From a bacterium (GTDB taxonomy: Bacteria; Pseudomonadota; Alphaproteobacteria; Rhizobiales; JAKIUO01): a DNA stretch of 64,000 nucleotides. Made by a program: the position numbers and the translations under genes. Below, one piece after another: positions 50,949-61,246 of the stretch. Below the pieces are notes generated by a model. That model did no database searches. It was not told the DNA's origin and saw nothing but the letters and a program-made list of their open reading frames with translations. The stretch spans positions 34,211-98,210 of the forward strand of contig JAAETJ010000996.1 of assembly GCA_024228495.1 (NCBI GenBank), written 5' to 3'. Positions within the stretch are counted from its first letter, which is position 1. The number at the start of each line of letters is the position of its first letter.

Positions 50949-51460
50949 TATCTTTCTCCAAATTTGAGGTCCATCATGCTCAACAGTGAGTACTTATAGA
51001 CGCTCGGCATATCAAGTGATATTGTAGAAGAAATTAAGAGCACGGAACAGAATATTTTTATCACGACAGAACCGAAAATAAATTTCGTTGCAGGAGATGC
51101 ACGGTAAGTAGCACCCCTTCAGCACTACACATGGTGAATCCAATGCTAACATATAAGTGTATTTCTATCAGGATTGCAACCTGCAGTTCAGCTCAATTGA
51201 AATAGACCAGCGGTCGCCGCTCTGTTTTGCTCTGGCAACCATTTACAATAGGCAACTTACAGAATCACTTTTTATAACAATGGGATGTGGATCTCCGTTA
51301 TTGACCAATTGTGTGGTTCAGCATTCGTCGCTTCTCGCACACTCCCGGATCAGTAATCATAGCGTTAATAGTTCCCGTTGCAGAGCCTATCGCCAGATCT
51401 CCGTCGATTAAATCCGTGGGATTTACAGATGCCCCATCCGAAGAATCAAAATTTCTGGCG

Positions 51461-53182
51461 TTAGGAAGAAACCCGTTGATGGCGCACTACCATCTGAGGG
51501 AATGGAATTGTCCAGCCATGAATATTAACCGCTTCGACCAGCAAACTCATGATATCGCGCTCAATGTCTTCAAAGAAGGAAGCAACATGTCCCGGTAGTT
51601 CGGCTTCAACTTCATAGATAAGCGCCGAATCTCCAGCTTTATAGAGATCCACATCAAGTTTTTTAATACCATCCGTGCTGAGCAGTTTTACCAAACCAGC
51701 ATGTACGTGATCACGCAGTTTATTTGGAATTTCCGAGGTTGCAATTTTCTGATGTTTGTAGTCTAGGCCAAACTCTATTTTGATCCGAAAACCTGTTGAT
51801 AAATTCTTCGGCGCTAATCCTAAGAAACCTGCAGTTTCATATGTCACCAATGATCCGCCCAATTCCTCGATCTGGACAAGCGCCGGGGTCTGGCTAATGA
51901 CCTGACCGATGCGGTCTCCCTCAAATTGCACCCAATTCCCTTTATTTGTTGGAAACCAGGGTTCATTATTTCCCGATGGCCGCGAATGCAAACCTACCAA
52001 TTCACGTACCGGTAGTGTAAAGGCACCGCCTTCAAGGGAAGGGTTGACAAGATCCGTATGAAAATCAAGGCGTTCGACAAGCCAGGGAACGCCTGCCAGT
52101 GTCACCCGCTCGCCTTCTTGCACTGCTCCCAAATTGAGCAATAAGACGACCTGCTCGACAATTTCAGGCAGCATCTTCAATCCTAACCATGCGATTCCCA
52201 GTGCAAACAGCGAGGCGACACCAAGCAGCACCCAATCAGTCAATGAATTGAATACGACCAACATGGCTATAAAAGCGACGAAAAAACTGAAAACCCTGAA
52301 CAGCAGCGTGATGAGTCTTGTCAGGAAAGTGCGGGGAAGATTGCGCTTTTTTTGGATCCACCCCGAAAGCTTCGCGATCAGGTTTGCGATCAGCAACACG
52401 CCACCAAAGGCTGTTATGGCAAGCAATAAGTTGATGCCGCGGGTACGGATAAAATCGGTAGCAAAGCCGCCAATACCATCTGAGCTCTTGGCATGTTGAT
52501 TATGAAGCAGGGTGAGCCGTTGATCAGTCGCTTCTTTGAGATCGAGCGCTTCCCTTTTGTGTTTCTGCCACTCTTTAGTTATTTTTTTCAAATGTACACG
52601 TGTCGCAGTTTTGCCTTTCGGCTTGTCTGCTTTTTCGATTTCACTGAGTAGAGATAGTCTGTCCATGGCGCGTTCAGCGATCTCAACTTTTTCCTTGGCG
52701 CTGGCCAGGGTGATTTTGAGCTCATCTATTTTACGCGCGTCCGCGGTGGCATCTTTCATCATCTTGATGAAGGGTTGTACGAGACTTACCAATTCAGCCT
52801 GAAGATCGAATTTTTGCTCGCCATCGTCCTTTGCATCGTCCGAAGAGACGCCAGTGGAAAGGGCTACTATCTGCTTTTCAGTTTTTTCGAGTTTACTGTT
52901 CGCATCTTTGATTTTCTCTTCAACTTCTTTTTTGGTGGCGTCTTCTTTAGCTGCTTGGAGTTCCGCTTTAAGCCCTTTCACCATTTTTTCCTGCTCTTTG
53001 CGTGTTTCCAGCCAGTTGGTGAGCGTCTTGAGGGCGTCAGCGGCTTCCTGACGACGTTTTTCCTTTTGTTTTAGCTCTTGCTTTGTTTTCTCATCAAGCT
53101 CTTGCGCATGCAGATACGCTCCCAACGGAGAATGGCACAAGCAAATGATCAGGCAAAAAAATAGGGGGCGAGTGAATACCAT
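51461..53182 (-). CDS. MscS-family mechanosensitive channel with an N-terminal secreted coiled-coil domain
   Basis: 573 aa with a signal peptide, a ~200-aa Lys/Glu-rich coiled coil and a TM bundle. The MscS beta-domain region is LGAVQEGERVTLAGVPWLVERLDFHTDLVNP. Confidence 0.8.
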   Translation of the reverse strand: MVFTRPLFFCLIICLCHSPLGAYLHAQELDEKTKQELKQKEKRRQEAADALKTLTNWLETRKEQEKMVKGLKAELQAAKEDATKKEVEEKIKDANSKLEKTEKQIVALSTGVSSDDAKDDGEQKFDLQAELVSLVQPFIKMMKDATADARKIDELKITLASAKEKVEIAERAMDRLSLLSEIEKADKPKGKTATRVHLKKITKEWQKHKREALDLKEATDQRLTLLHNQHAKSSDGIGGFATDFIRTRGINLLLAITAFGGVLLIANLIAKLSGWIQKKRNLPRTFLTRLITLLFRVFSFFVAFIAMLVVFNSLTDWVLLGVASLFALGIAWLGLKMLPEIVEQVVLLLNLGAVQEGERVTLAGVPWLVERLDFHTDLVNPSLEGGAFTLPVRELVGLHSRPSGNNEPWFPTNKGNWVQFEGDRIGQVISQTPALVQIEELGGSLVTYETAGFLGLAPKNLSTGFRIKIEFGLDYKHQKIATSEIPNKLRDHVHAGLVKLLSTDGIKKLDVDLYKAGDSALIYEVEAELPGHVASFFEDIERDIMSLLVEAVNIHGWTIPFPQMVVRHQRVSS

Positions 53183-53338
53183 ATGAAAGCTACCTTAATG
53201 CTTTTTGACCGGTCTATCCGAAGTGAGATAGCCTTGTAAAGAAGGAAGAGGATGCTGAAGGTTTTTTTATTTTTACGTTTATCAGAGAACAACTGTATTT
53301 TACCGGGGCCTCATTGATTAAAAGCACCATTGAAAATA

Positions 53339-53596
53339 ATGCGATGTTTCAGGTTCCTTTTCACCGCTATTGCAATGTCCGCCATTGTTCAGGTTTTCGG
53401 ATGCCGACTGGGCAAGCTCTCGCTTTACACAAGCCTGTCAGGTCGGCGTTCGAAAAACCCTCGTTATTGCAACATATTGATTGGCGAATTCTTACCCCAA
53501 AATGGGAATGTTCAAATAACTGTGTCATTTGAATACTCCCCGATTGAGATCAATATGAAAATCAATCCACTACAACCCATTGTCGTCTGCACCTGA
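53339..53596 (+). CDS. Candidate small lipoprotein (hypothetical)
   Basis: MRCFRFLFTAIAMSAIVQVFGC has a positive N-terminus, a hydrophobic core and a Cys in a lipobox-like VFGC context. There is no convincing SD and the region is low in GC. The gene is divergent from the MscS gene. Confidence 0.25.
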   Translation: MRCFRFLFTAIAMSAIVQVFGCRLGKLSLYTSLSGRRSKNPRYCNILIGEFLPQNGNVQITVSFEYSPIEINMKINPLQPIVVCT

Positions 53597-53673
53597 TTGC
53601 ACATTGCTCTGAATAGCCGGAGTTTTTGCTAGATAGGCAACCAGCGTTACAAATGCCCGCTCATCCATAGCCC

Positions 53674-55161
53674 CTACCCCTCGCCGATTTCCAGCTTGTC
53701 TTGCAGTAGTTTGTTGACGGTTTGCGGGTTGGCTTTGCCTTTGGTTTTTTGCATCACCTGCCCGACGAACCAACCGATGGTTTTGGGTTTGGTTTTGAGC
53801 TGTTCGACCTGTTTGGGATTGGCGGCAATGATGTCATCGACAATGGCTTCGAGTTCGCCGGTATCTGACATCTGTTTAAGGCCTTTGGCTTCGACGATAT
53901 CAGCAGGCTTACCACCCTCTTCAAGGACTATTTCCAATACGTCCTTGGCAATCTTGCCTGATATGGTGCCATCGGATATGAGATCGATAAGCTGCCCTAG
54001 CTGGTCGGGTGAAACTCCTGCTTCATGAAGCGGAACCCCTTTGGCGTTTGCATGTCCGGACAGATCCCCCATCACCCAGTTAACCGCGAGTTTGGCGTCT
54101 CGGCCCCTGGCGACCAGCTCGAAATAATCGGCAGAAGCGCGCGCAGCGATGAGAATTTCAGCATCATAGGGCGACAGGCCATATTCAGACATGAAGCGAT
54201 TTTTTTTGTCATCAGGTAATTCCGGCAACTCTTTTCGTAGTTTTTCGACAAGCGCATCATCAAATTCAAGCGGTAAAAGGTCCGGATCGGGAAAATAACG
54301 GTAGTCATGCGCTTCTTCTTTCGAGCGCATGGGGCGCGTTTCGCCCTTTTTGGGATCGAATAAAAGCGTCTCTTGGTCGATGCTGCCGCCATCTTCGAGC
54401 ACATCAATTTGTCGATTGATCTCATAGTCGATCGCCTGACCGATAAAGCGGATGGAATTAACGTTTTTGGTCTCGGTACGGGTTCCCCAGGGCTCACCGG
54501 GGCGACGCACAGAGACATTGACATCCGCGCGCATTGACCCTTCATCCATATTACCATCACATGTTCCCAGATAGCGTAAAATGGTGCGCAGTTTGGTGAC
54601 ATAGGCCTTTGCCTCTTCAGCCGAGCGCATATCGGGATAAGACACAATCTCCATCAGCGCCACGCCAGAGCGATTGAGGTCAACAACAGAATGCTTGAGA
54701 TGCATTTCATGATTGCTCTTGCCGGCGTCCTGTTCGAGATGCAAACGCTCAATACCGATGGTAACGGTGGTACCATCCTTCAAATCCAGAATAACATCTC
54801 CCTCGCCGACAATGGGGTGCTTGAACTGGGAAATCTGATAGCCCTGGGGCAAATCTGGATAAAAGTAATTCTTGCGATCAAAGACCGAGCGATTATTGAT
54901 CTTGGCACGCAGCCCAAGCCCCGTGCGGATTGCTTGATGCACACATGCTTCATTGATCACAGGCAGCATGCCAGGCATCGCCGCATCCACCAGCGACACA
55001 TGATCGTTTGGCTCACCACCAAACTCAGTCGAAGACCCCGAAAACAGCTTGGCGTTACTGGTCACCTGCGCATGGACCTCCAGCCCGATCACCACTTCCC
55101 AATCACCGGTCGAACCCTGAACAAGGTTCTTCTTTTCAGTTTCGCGCGATTCTTTATACAT
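53674..55161 (-). CDS. gatB: Asp-tRNA(Asn)/Glu-tRNA(Gln) amidotransferase subunit B
   Basis: 495 aa with [25 protein letters not shown] and the C-terminal YqeY/GatB domain. Confidence 0.95.
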   Translation of the reverse strand: MYKESRETEKKNLVQGSTGDWEVVIGLEVHAQVTSNAKLFSGSSTEFGGEPNDHVSLVDAAMPGMLPVINEACVHQAIRTGLGLRAKINNRSVFDRKNYFYPDLPQGYQISQFKHPIVGEGDVILDLKDGTTVTIGIERLHLEQDAGKSNHEMHLKHSVVDLNRSGVALMEIVSYPDMRSAEEAKAYVTKLRTILRYLGTCDGNMDEGSMRADVNVSVRRPGEPWGTRTETKNVNSIRFIGQAIDYEINRQIDVLEDGGSIDQETLLFDPKKGETRPMRSKEEAHDYRYFPDPDLLPLEFDDALVEKLRKELPELPDDKKNRFMSEYGLSPYDAEILIAARASADYFELVARGRDAKLAVNWVMGDLSGHANAKGVPLHEAGVSPDQLGQLIDLISDGTISGKIAKDVLEIVLEEGGKPADIVEAKGLKQMSDTGELEAIVDDIIAANPKQVEQLKTKPKTIGWFVGQVMQKTKGKANPQTVNKLLQDKLEIGEG

Positions 55162-55164
55162 ATT

Positions 55165-55473
55165 TTATTTCTCTGATTTTTTTTGAAGTTTTTCCATTTC
55201 ATATTCGATGAACCAGCCCATCATCTGGCGCCACAAGGCTTCGGCGAGCTGTGGAGGAACGTCTCTCTCTTCAGCCCGGGTGCGCACTTTTTCGATCACT
55301 TCATTGATACGCCAGGGAACCGCGGCTTCATCTGGATTGTCCTTTAATTGCCAGGCCCTATCCACATAGCCAAAACGCTCGGCAATCAAATCAATAAGCT
55401 GTTCATCAAGCTGATCGATCTCACCGCGCACATGCGCCATGCTCTCGCAATCCTGGGGCTTTCTCTCTTTCAT
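55165..55473 (-). CDS. AroQ-class chorismate mutase-family protein
   Basis: About 102 aa from ATG 55473. VRGEIDQLDEQLIDLIAERFGYVDRAWQLK is the typical CM_2 helix 1. It is inserted between gatA and gatB. The longer ORF to 55584 would overlap gatA. Confidence 0.7.
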   Translation of the reverse strand: MKERKPQDCESMAHVRGEIDQLDEQLIDLIAERFGYVDRAWQLKDNPDEAAVPWRINEVIEKVRTRAEERDVPPQLAEALWRQMMGWFIEYEMEKLQKKSEK

Positions 55474-55498
55474 CGCATAATTTCCTAAAAAGTGTTTC

Positions 55499-56980
55499 TT
55501 AGACCCACCACTTGTCCGGTGTAGGTAACAATCCAGCGGCGTCTTCCAGTGTTTGCGCCACACGCAGCAAACCAGCCTCATCAAACGGTTTGCCGATCAG
55601 CTGCAGACCAAGCGGCGTGCCTTCCAAAGATAGTCCAGACGGTACGGAAATGCCCGGCAGTCCTGCCATATTGGCGGTCACAGTGAAAATATCATTGAGA
55701 TACATTTCAACAGGATCATCGCCGCCCTTTTCGCCAGGAGCAAAAGCTGGACCTGGTGTTGTTGGCGTCAATAAAACATCAACTTTTTTGTAGGCTTCAT
55801 CAAAATCGCGCTTGATAAGGGTGCGCACCTTCTGGGCTTTTAAATAATAAGCGTCATAATAGCCTGCAGACAAAACATAAGTTCCGATCATGATACGGCG
55901 CTTGACCTCGGCGCCAAACCCTTGCGCCCGCGTATTCTCATACATGTTGAGAATATCATCTCCTTCTGCCCGCAGCCCATAGCGCACGCCATCATAGCGC
56001 GCAAGGTTCGAGGACGCTTCTGCTGGGGCAACGATGTAATAGGCCGGTAGCGCATATTTAGTGTGAGGAAGACTCACATCAATAATTTCAGCCCCCTCGC
56101 TTTTCAGCCAGTCAATGCCCTTTTGCCAGAGCTGCTCTATTTCGTCCGGCATACCCTCCACGCGGTACTCCTTGGGAATCCCGACCTTCATCCCCTTCAC
56201 ACCATCGCGCAGTTTTTTTTCATAGTCCGGAACCGGAAGATCAACGCTGGTCGTGTCTTTGGCGTCATAGCTGGCCATACTCTTTAGCATGATAGCCGCA
56301 TCTTCCACGGTGCGGGTAATGGGCCCGGCCTGATCAAGCGAAGAGGCAAATGCCACCACGCCCCAGCGCGAACAACGGCCATAGGTTGGCTTCATGCCCA
56401 CCGTCCCGGTAAAAGCGGCTGGCTGGCGAATAGAGCCACCGGTATCAGTTGCCGTTGCGCCCATCACCAGGCGTGCGGCAACGCTGGAAGCGGAACCACC
56501 ACTGGAGCCACCGGGCACCAGATGGGCATCATCGGCCTTGCGCTTCCAGGGGTTAATGCAGTTGCCGAAATAGCTGGTCTCGTTACTGGAGCCCATGGCG
56601 AACTCGTCAAGATTGAGTTTGCCGATCATGACGGCCCCATCGTCAAACAGGTTCTTTGTGATGGTCGACTCATAAACCGGTGTGAATTTATCGAGAATAT
56701 GTGAGCCAGCGGTGGTCTGCACATCTTTAGTGCAAAACAAGTCCTTGATACCAAGCGGTATCCCCTCAAGTACGCCCGCATCACCAGATTTAATTCTCTT
56801 GTCTGATTGCGCGGCACGCTTAACAGCAAGTTCGAATGTCGTCACAATAAAGGTGTTGAGTGCATCATTGGCGGCATCAGTCGCCTCAATGTGGGCCTCG
56901 CACAACTCAACTGCGGAAAAGTCACCTTTTGCCAGTCCCTTGCGGGCCGTGGCAATTGTGAGATCGGTAAGTTCGCTCAT
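55499..56980 (-). CDS. gatA: Glutamyl-tRNA(Gln) amidotransferase subunit A
   Basis: 493 aa with the amidase signature [13 protein letters not shown] and [10 protein letters not shown]. Confidence 0.95.
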   Translation of the reverse strand: MSELTDLTIATARKGLAKGDFSAVELCEAHIEATDAANDALNTFIVTTFELAVKRAAQSDKRIKSGDAGVLEGIPLGIKDLFCTKDVQTTAGSHILDKFTPVYESTITKNLFDDGAVMIGKLNLDEFAMGSSNETSYFGNCINPWKRKADDAHLVPGGSSGGSASSVAARLVMGATATDTGGSIRQPAAFTGTVGMKPTYGRCSRWGVVAFASSLDQAGPITRTVEDAAIMLKSMASYDAKDTTSVDLPVPDYEKKLRDGVKGMKVGIPKEYRVEGMPDEIEQLWQKGIDWLKSEGAEIIDVSLPHTKYALPAYYIVAPAEASSNLARYDGVRYGLRAEGDDILNMYENTRAQGFGAEVKRRIMIGTYVLSAGYYDAYYLKAQKVRTLIKRDFDEAYKKVDVLLTPTTPGPAFAPGEKGGDDPVEMYLNDIFTVTANMAGLPGISVPSGLSLEGTPLGLQLIGKPFDEAGLLRVAQTLEDAAGLLPTPDKWWV

Positions 56981-56983
56981 AAT

Positions 56984-57271
56984 TTATTCTACAACCTTTG
57001 GCACCATAAAATAGTGATCATCACGTTCGGGCGCATTTTTGACAATATCGTCTGGATACCCGCCATCTGTTACCACATCCTTGCGTTCAAACATTTCGCG
57101 ATCAACGGCGCTGGTCATGGGCTCTACATTGTCAGTATCTACTTCAGATAACAGTTCCACGAACCCCAAAATGGACGTAAGCTCTCCCTCAAGATGCTGG
57201 ACATCACTGTCGCTTACCTTGATGCGTGCCAGATGGGCAATCCGGCGCACCAGTTTTTCATCAACCTTCAT
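56984..57271 (-). CDS. gatC: Glutamyl-tRNA(Gln) amidotransferase subunit C
   Basis: 95 aa from [21 protein letters not shown], with the typical GatC N-terminus. The ORF is open to 57313. Confidence 0.9.
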   Translation of the reverse strand: MKVDEKLVRRIAHLARIKVSDSDVQHLEGELTSILGFVELLSEVDTDNVEPMTSAVDREMFERKDVVTDGGYPDDIVKNAPERDDHYFMVPKVVE

Positions 57272-57383
57272 AAGAACCTCGTAAATTATGCCGCGGATCC
57301 GCTCTGGACCCATGAATTATACTCGTCATAACGCTGCTTTGGCAGGCGCGCAATATAGATTGCAGTTTTGAGCGCTATCTTCT

Positions 57384-57902
57384 ATGAAATTATTAATGGA
57401 AAACAAAGAAAAAAAACAATCCGACTATCTCGTTTCAATCGACGAGATGGAAAAGGACCTGACCATTGGCAGGCCCTTGCTCGGTCTTGATCCGGGCACC
57501 AAGACCATTGGCATCGCCATATCTGACAGCATGCATAATATAGCAACCCCCTTAAAAACGGTCCGCCGAATGAAATTTGCCCGTGATGCGGCGCAAATCG
57601 TCGAGGTCATAACAGAGTACCAAGGTGGCGGTATCATCCTTGGCCTGCCCCTCAATATGGATGGGTCGGAAGGACCGCGCGTACAGAGTGTGCGCGCCTT
57701 TGCCCGCAATCTCGCCCCCTATGTCAAGCTGCCGATCTGTTTTTGGGATGAACGCCTGTCAACGATTGCGGTTGAGCGCACATTGCTTGAAGCAGACGCG
57801 ACACGCAAGAGACGCGCCGAAGTGATCGATAAAATGGCAGCTGGCTTCATATTGCAAGGTGCCCTCGACCGCATAACGCAAATCAAGGCGACGATGCGAT
57901 GA
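57384..57902 (+). CDS. ruvX: Holliday junction resolvase-like RuvX/YqgF
   Basis: LLGLDPGTKTIGIAISD, GLPLNMDGSEG and WDERLST. Confidence 0.9.
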   Translation: MKLLMENKEKKQSDYLVSIDEMEKDLTIGRPLLGLDPGTKTIGIAISDSMHNIATPLKTVRRMKFARDAAQIVEVITEYQGGGIILGLPLNMDGSEGPRVQSVRAFARNLAPYVKLPICFWDERLSTIAVERTLLEADATRKRRAEVIDKMAAGFILQGALDRITQIKATMR

Positions 57903-58837
57903 GCAACATCACTTATGCGCTTGTTCCCGTGTTTGCCGTCATCATGATTGGTTTTATGCTACGGGCATCTAAATTGATCGCCGATGACGATTGGGCTGGC
58001 ATCAATCACCTTTGCTATTATCTACTGCTTCCCATGCTGATCGTCAAATCCCTCAGCACTGCTGATCTTGCCGCCGCTCCCGTATTTCGTGTTGCCGCAG
58101 CAATGATTCTGGCAACCATCTGCATCTCAATCATATTGTTTGTAGCAAGGATCCCCCTGTCTAAACTGCTTGGCCTCGATAATGCTGGCTATACCAGCCT
58201 TTTTCAGGGTTCAACAAGATGGCATGGCTTTATCGCTCTGGCTATCATTGCCGCACTCTATGGCGACCAGGGGGTGATCATTGGTTCCATTGGTCTGGCG
58301 ACCTTGATCCCCTTGCTCAACTTAATCAATGTCGTCGTGCTTTCGCTCTATGGAGATAGAACTGCCTCCAGCGCCCCTGGCCTGCTACGCCAACTTTCGC
58401 AAAACCCATTTATAATTGCCTGCCTTATCGGTATCTTGCTCAACCTTGCTCCCTTTGACATGCCATCGACATTAGTGACTATTCTTGATCTGGTAGGACG
58501 TGCGGCTCTTGGCATTTCCCTGTTAACGGTTGGCGCAGCGCTTAAACCAAGGCTCAATATGGCAGACTTGCGTCCCGTGTTTTCAGCCGCGATCATTCGC
58601 CTCCTTGGTATGCCGTTTTTTATGGTAACATCTTGTCTGGCACTTGGTGTCACCGGAGAGCCGCTAATCATCGCCGTGATCTGCGCTGCTGTGCCAACCG
58701 CAGCTTCTGGCTACATTCTGGCCAAACAAATGGGTGGGGATGCTGATTTGATGGCATCCATCATCACTTTCCAAGTGTTGGCCGCAACCCTCACATTGCC
58801 TCTCGTGCTCTCCTATGCCCAGAGCACTGCTGGTTAA
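57899..58837 (+). CDS. AEC (auxin efflux carrier) family transporter
   Basis: 312 aa with ~10 TM segments and the typical AEC N-terminus (ALVPVFAVIMIGFMLR). There is a 4-nt overlap with ruvX. Confidence 0.8.
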   Translation: MSNITYALVPVFAVIMIGFMLRASKLIADDDWAGINHLCYYLLLPMLIVKSLSTADLAAAPVFRVAAAMILATICISIILFVARIPLSKLLGLDNAGYTSLFQGSTRWHGFIALAIIAALYGDQGVIIGSIGLATLIPLLNLINVVVLSLYGDRTASSAPGLLRQLSQNPFIIACLIGILLNLAPFDMPSTLVTILDLVGRAALGISLLTVGAALKPRLNMADLRPVFSAAIIRLLGMPFFMVTSCLALGVTGEPLIIAVICAAVPTAASGYILAKQMGGDADLMASIITFQVLAATLTLPLVLSYAQSTAG

Positions 58838-58925
58838 CGGGACAAGAAAAAAACGGGGAAAAATTAACGCTCGCGCACACCAGCTATTGCCGTTTGGGTA
58901 ATATCGCCATATAGATCAGATTTTA

Positions 58926-59897
58926 ATGACCATTAAAAAAAACAATCAAGCCTTTCGCCTCTCTAAACCTCATCTTCTTTCCATAGAAAATTTGAGCCGC
59001 GATGATATTATGGGCCTTTTGGATCTGGCGGAGGAGATCGCCAATCTAGATCCCCACAAAGGCCAAAAGAAAAACGTTCTCAAAGGGTTGACACAGATCA
59101 ACCTTTTTTTTGAATCTTCTACCCGTACCCAAAGCAGTTTTGAACTTGCTGGCAAGAGTCTTGGGGCCAATGTCATGAACATGGCAGTTAAATCCTCATC
59201 GATCAGCAAAGGTGAAACACTGATCGACACGACCATGACCCTCAACGCGATGCGCCCCGACGTATTGGTGGTCCGCCATTTTGCCGCCGGCGCTGTCGAA
59301 CTGCTGGCCCAGAAAGTTTCTTGCAGTGTCATCAATGCTGGAGATGGCAGCCATCAGCATCCGACACAAGCACTTCTGGACGCTCTGACTATCAAACGAG
59401 CAAAAAACCGCCTAGAAGCGCTTACTGTCGCCATTTGTGGCGACATCTTACACTCACGTGTCGCCAGGTCTAACATTCAGCTGTTAAGCGCCTTGAATGC
59501 CCGCGTGCGGATCATCGCCCCCTCGACCCTGCTACCCTCGTTCCCTGAACGTCTTGGCGCGGAAGTCTTTACCAGCATGGAAGAAGGTCTCAAAGGAGCC
59601 GACGTGATAATGATGCTGCGCCTGCAGCGCGAGCGCATGAATGGCAGCTATGTACCGTCAGAACGCGAATATTTCAAATTCTTCGGGCTTGATGCCGAAA
59701 AGCTGGCCTTTGCCAAACCCGATGCCGTCATCATGCATCCCGGTCCCATGAACCGAGGTGTGGAAATAGATTCGATCATCGCCGATGATCCACGCAGCGT
59801 CATTCAAGAACAGGTGCAAATGGGCGTTGCCGTCCGCATGGCGGTTCTTGAATCGCTCTCGCAACGAATGCATGACATACAGCAGGGCACGCACTAA
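58926..59897 (+). CDS. pyrB: Aspartate carbamoyltransferase catalytic subunit
   Basis: [23 protein letters not shown] and [11 protein letters not shown]. Confidence 0.95.
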   Translation: MTIKKNNQAFRLSKPHLLSIENLSRDDIMGLLDLAEEIANLDPHKGQKKNVLKGLTQINLFFESSTRTQSSFELAGKSLGANVMNMAVKSSSISKGETLIDTTMTLNAMRPDVLVVRHFAAGAVELLAQKVSCSVINAGDGSHQHPTQALLDALTIKRAKNRLEALTVAICGDILHSRVARSNIQLLSALNARVRIIAPSTLLPSFPERLGAEVFTSMEEGLKGADVIMMLRLQRERMNGSYVPSEREYFKFFGLDAEKLAFAKPDAVIMHPGPMNRGVEIDSIIADDPRSVIQEQVQMGVAVRMAVLESLSQRMHDIQQGTH

Positions 59898-61198
59898 TGG
59901 TCAACAAAGACACACCCGCAACCGCCCTTATCAACGCGAATTTGCTCAACCCCATGAACGACACGCCAATACCGGGTGGCATCGTCATCCGCGATGGCCT
60001 GATCGAACAAATTTCGAGTGATTTGCGGCGCAATGCGCCCAAGGGGGCAACGGTCATTGATTGTGGTGGCCAGATCCTCGCGCCAGGGCTTGTTGATATG
60101 CTCGTTTACACGGGAGTGCCGGGGAAAGAACATCGCGAAACACTTGCAACAGCATCACAAGCGGCGCTGGCTGGCGGTGTTACCAGCATGGTGTGCATGC
60201 CAAACACAGAACCAGTGATCGATGACGTTGCCCTTGTCGATTATATCAAGCGCCATGCAACAGACCCTGGCTATATCCACATCTATCCAATGGCCGCCGT
60301 CACCAAAGGACTGCGCGGCAAGGAAATGACCGAGATCGGCCTACTCAAACAGGCCGGTGCCATTGCTTTTACCAATGGCAAAGACAGCATCCCTAATGCG
60401 AAAATAATGCGCATGGTGCTATCCTACGCCAGGGATTTTGATGCGCTTATTGTGCATTTCACGGAAGATAATGATCTAGCTGATCCCGGCGTCATAAACG
60501 AAGGGCTTGTCTCCAGTCGCCTGGGACTACCGGGGCGTCCCGTTGAGGCCGAAATCATCACACTTGAGCGAGATGTCAGGCTGGTCGAAATGACTGGTTG
60601 CCGCTATCACGCCGCTCAAATATCTTGTGCAAAATCGCTTGAGATCATTCGTAAAGCCAAAGGCAAAAACCTGCCCATTACCTGCGGTGTCTCGGTCAAC
60701 CATCTGACACTAAACGAAAATGATATCGGGTCCTACAGGACTTTTTTCAAAATGCGTCCACCGCTGCGCACCGAAGATGATCGCATGGCACTTGTGGCAG
60801 GTGTCAAGGATGGCACAATCGATGTCGTGGTATCCGCTCATGATCCCAAAGACGCCGATGTCAAGCGCCGCCCGTTCGAGCAAGCATCAGATGGTGCCAT
60901 TGGCATTGAGACGATGCTGCCTGCCCTTTTACGCCTGTATCACAGCGGTGATCTGAGCCTGTCCGACATTTTCCGGGTGGTTTCGTACAACCCGGCCGAA
61001 AGACTGGGGCTCAAGACCGGACAGCTGAAAATCGGCTATCCCGCAGATCTCGTGCTGTTTGATCTCATGACGCCGTGGATCGTCGATCCGTCCTTGTTGC
61101 GCTCAAAATCAAAAAACACGCCCTTTGACAATGAACGGATGCAGGGACGTGTTCTGCGGACATTTGTTGCAGGGCGCGAGCTCTATCGCTATTCTTGA
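59897..61198 (+). CDS. pyrC: Dihydroorotase-like protein lacking the metal ligands (PyrC'-type, probably a non-catalytic ATCase partner)
   Basis: Full-length DHOase fold, but the HxH motif reads VDMLVYTG (expected DLHVHxR). YHAAQIS replaces YHxxHIS, and SAHDPK replaces TDHAPH. Overlaps the pyrB stop. Confidence 0.8.
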   Translation: MVNKDTPATALINANLLNPMNDTPIPGGIVIRDGLIEQISSDLRRNAPKGATVIDCGGQILAPGLVDMLVYTGVPGKEHRETLATASQAALAGGVTSMVCMPNTEPVIDDVALVDYIKRHATDPGYIHIYPMAAVTKGLRGKEMTEIGLLKQAGAIAFTNGKDSIPNAKIMRMVLSYARDFDALIVHFTEDNDLADPGVINEGLVSSRLGLPGRPVEAEIITLERDVRLVEMTGCRYHAAQISCAKSLEIIRKAKGKNLPITCGVSVNHLTLNENDIGSYRTFFKMRPPLRTEDDRMALVAGVKDGTIDVVVSAHDPKDADVKRRPFEQASDGAIGIETMLPALLRLYHSGDLSLSDIFRVVSYNPAERLGLKTGQLKIGYPADLVLFDLMTPWIVDPSLLRSKSKNTPFDNERMQGRVLRTFVAGRELYRYS

Positions 61199-61246
61199 AC
61201 TTTGTTGGCACCAAATTACATGCCCCCTAGCAAGGAAGTCTCTTCT

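Noticed and set aside
51157-51598. Plus-strand ORFs 51157..51411 and 51311..51598
   Set aside because: There is no SD, the composition is odd, the second overlaps the MscS 3' end antisense, and no family resemblance was seen.
50949-53340. EcfG/PhyR general-stress promoters (GGAAC-N16/17-CGTT) for the GlsB and MscS genes
   Set aside because: I searched both upstream regions on the relevant strand. GGAAC occurs at about 53353 and 51043, but no CGTT is found at the required spacing.
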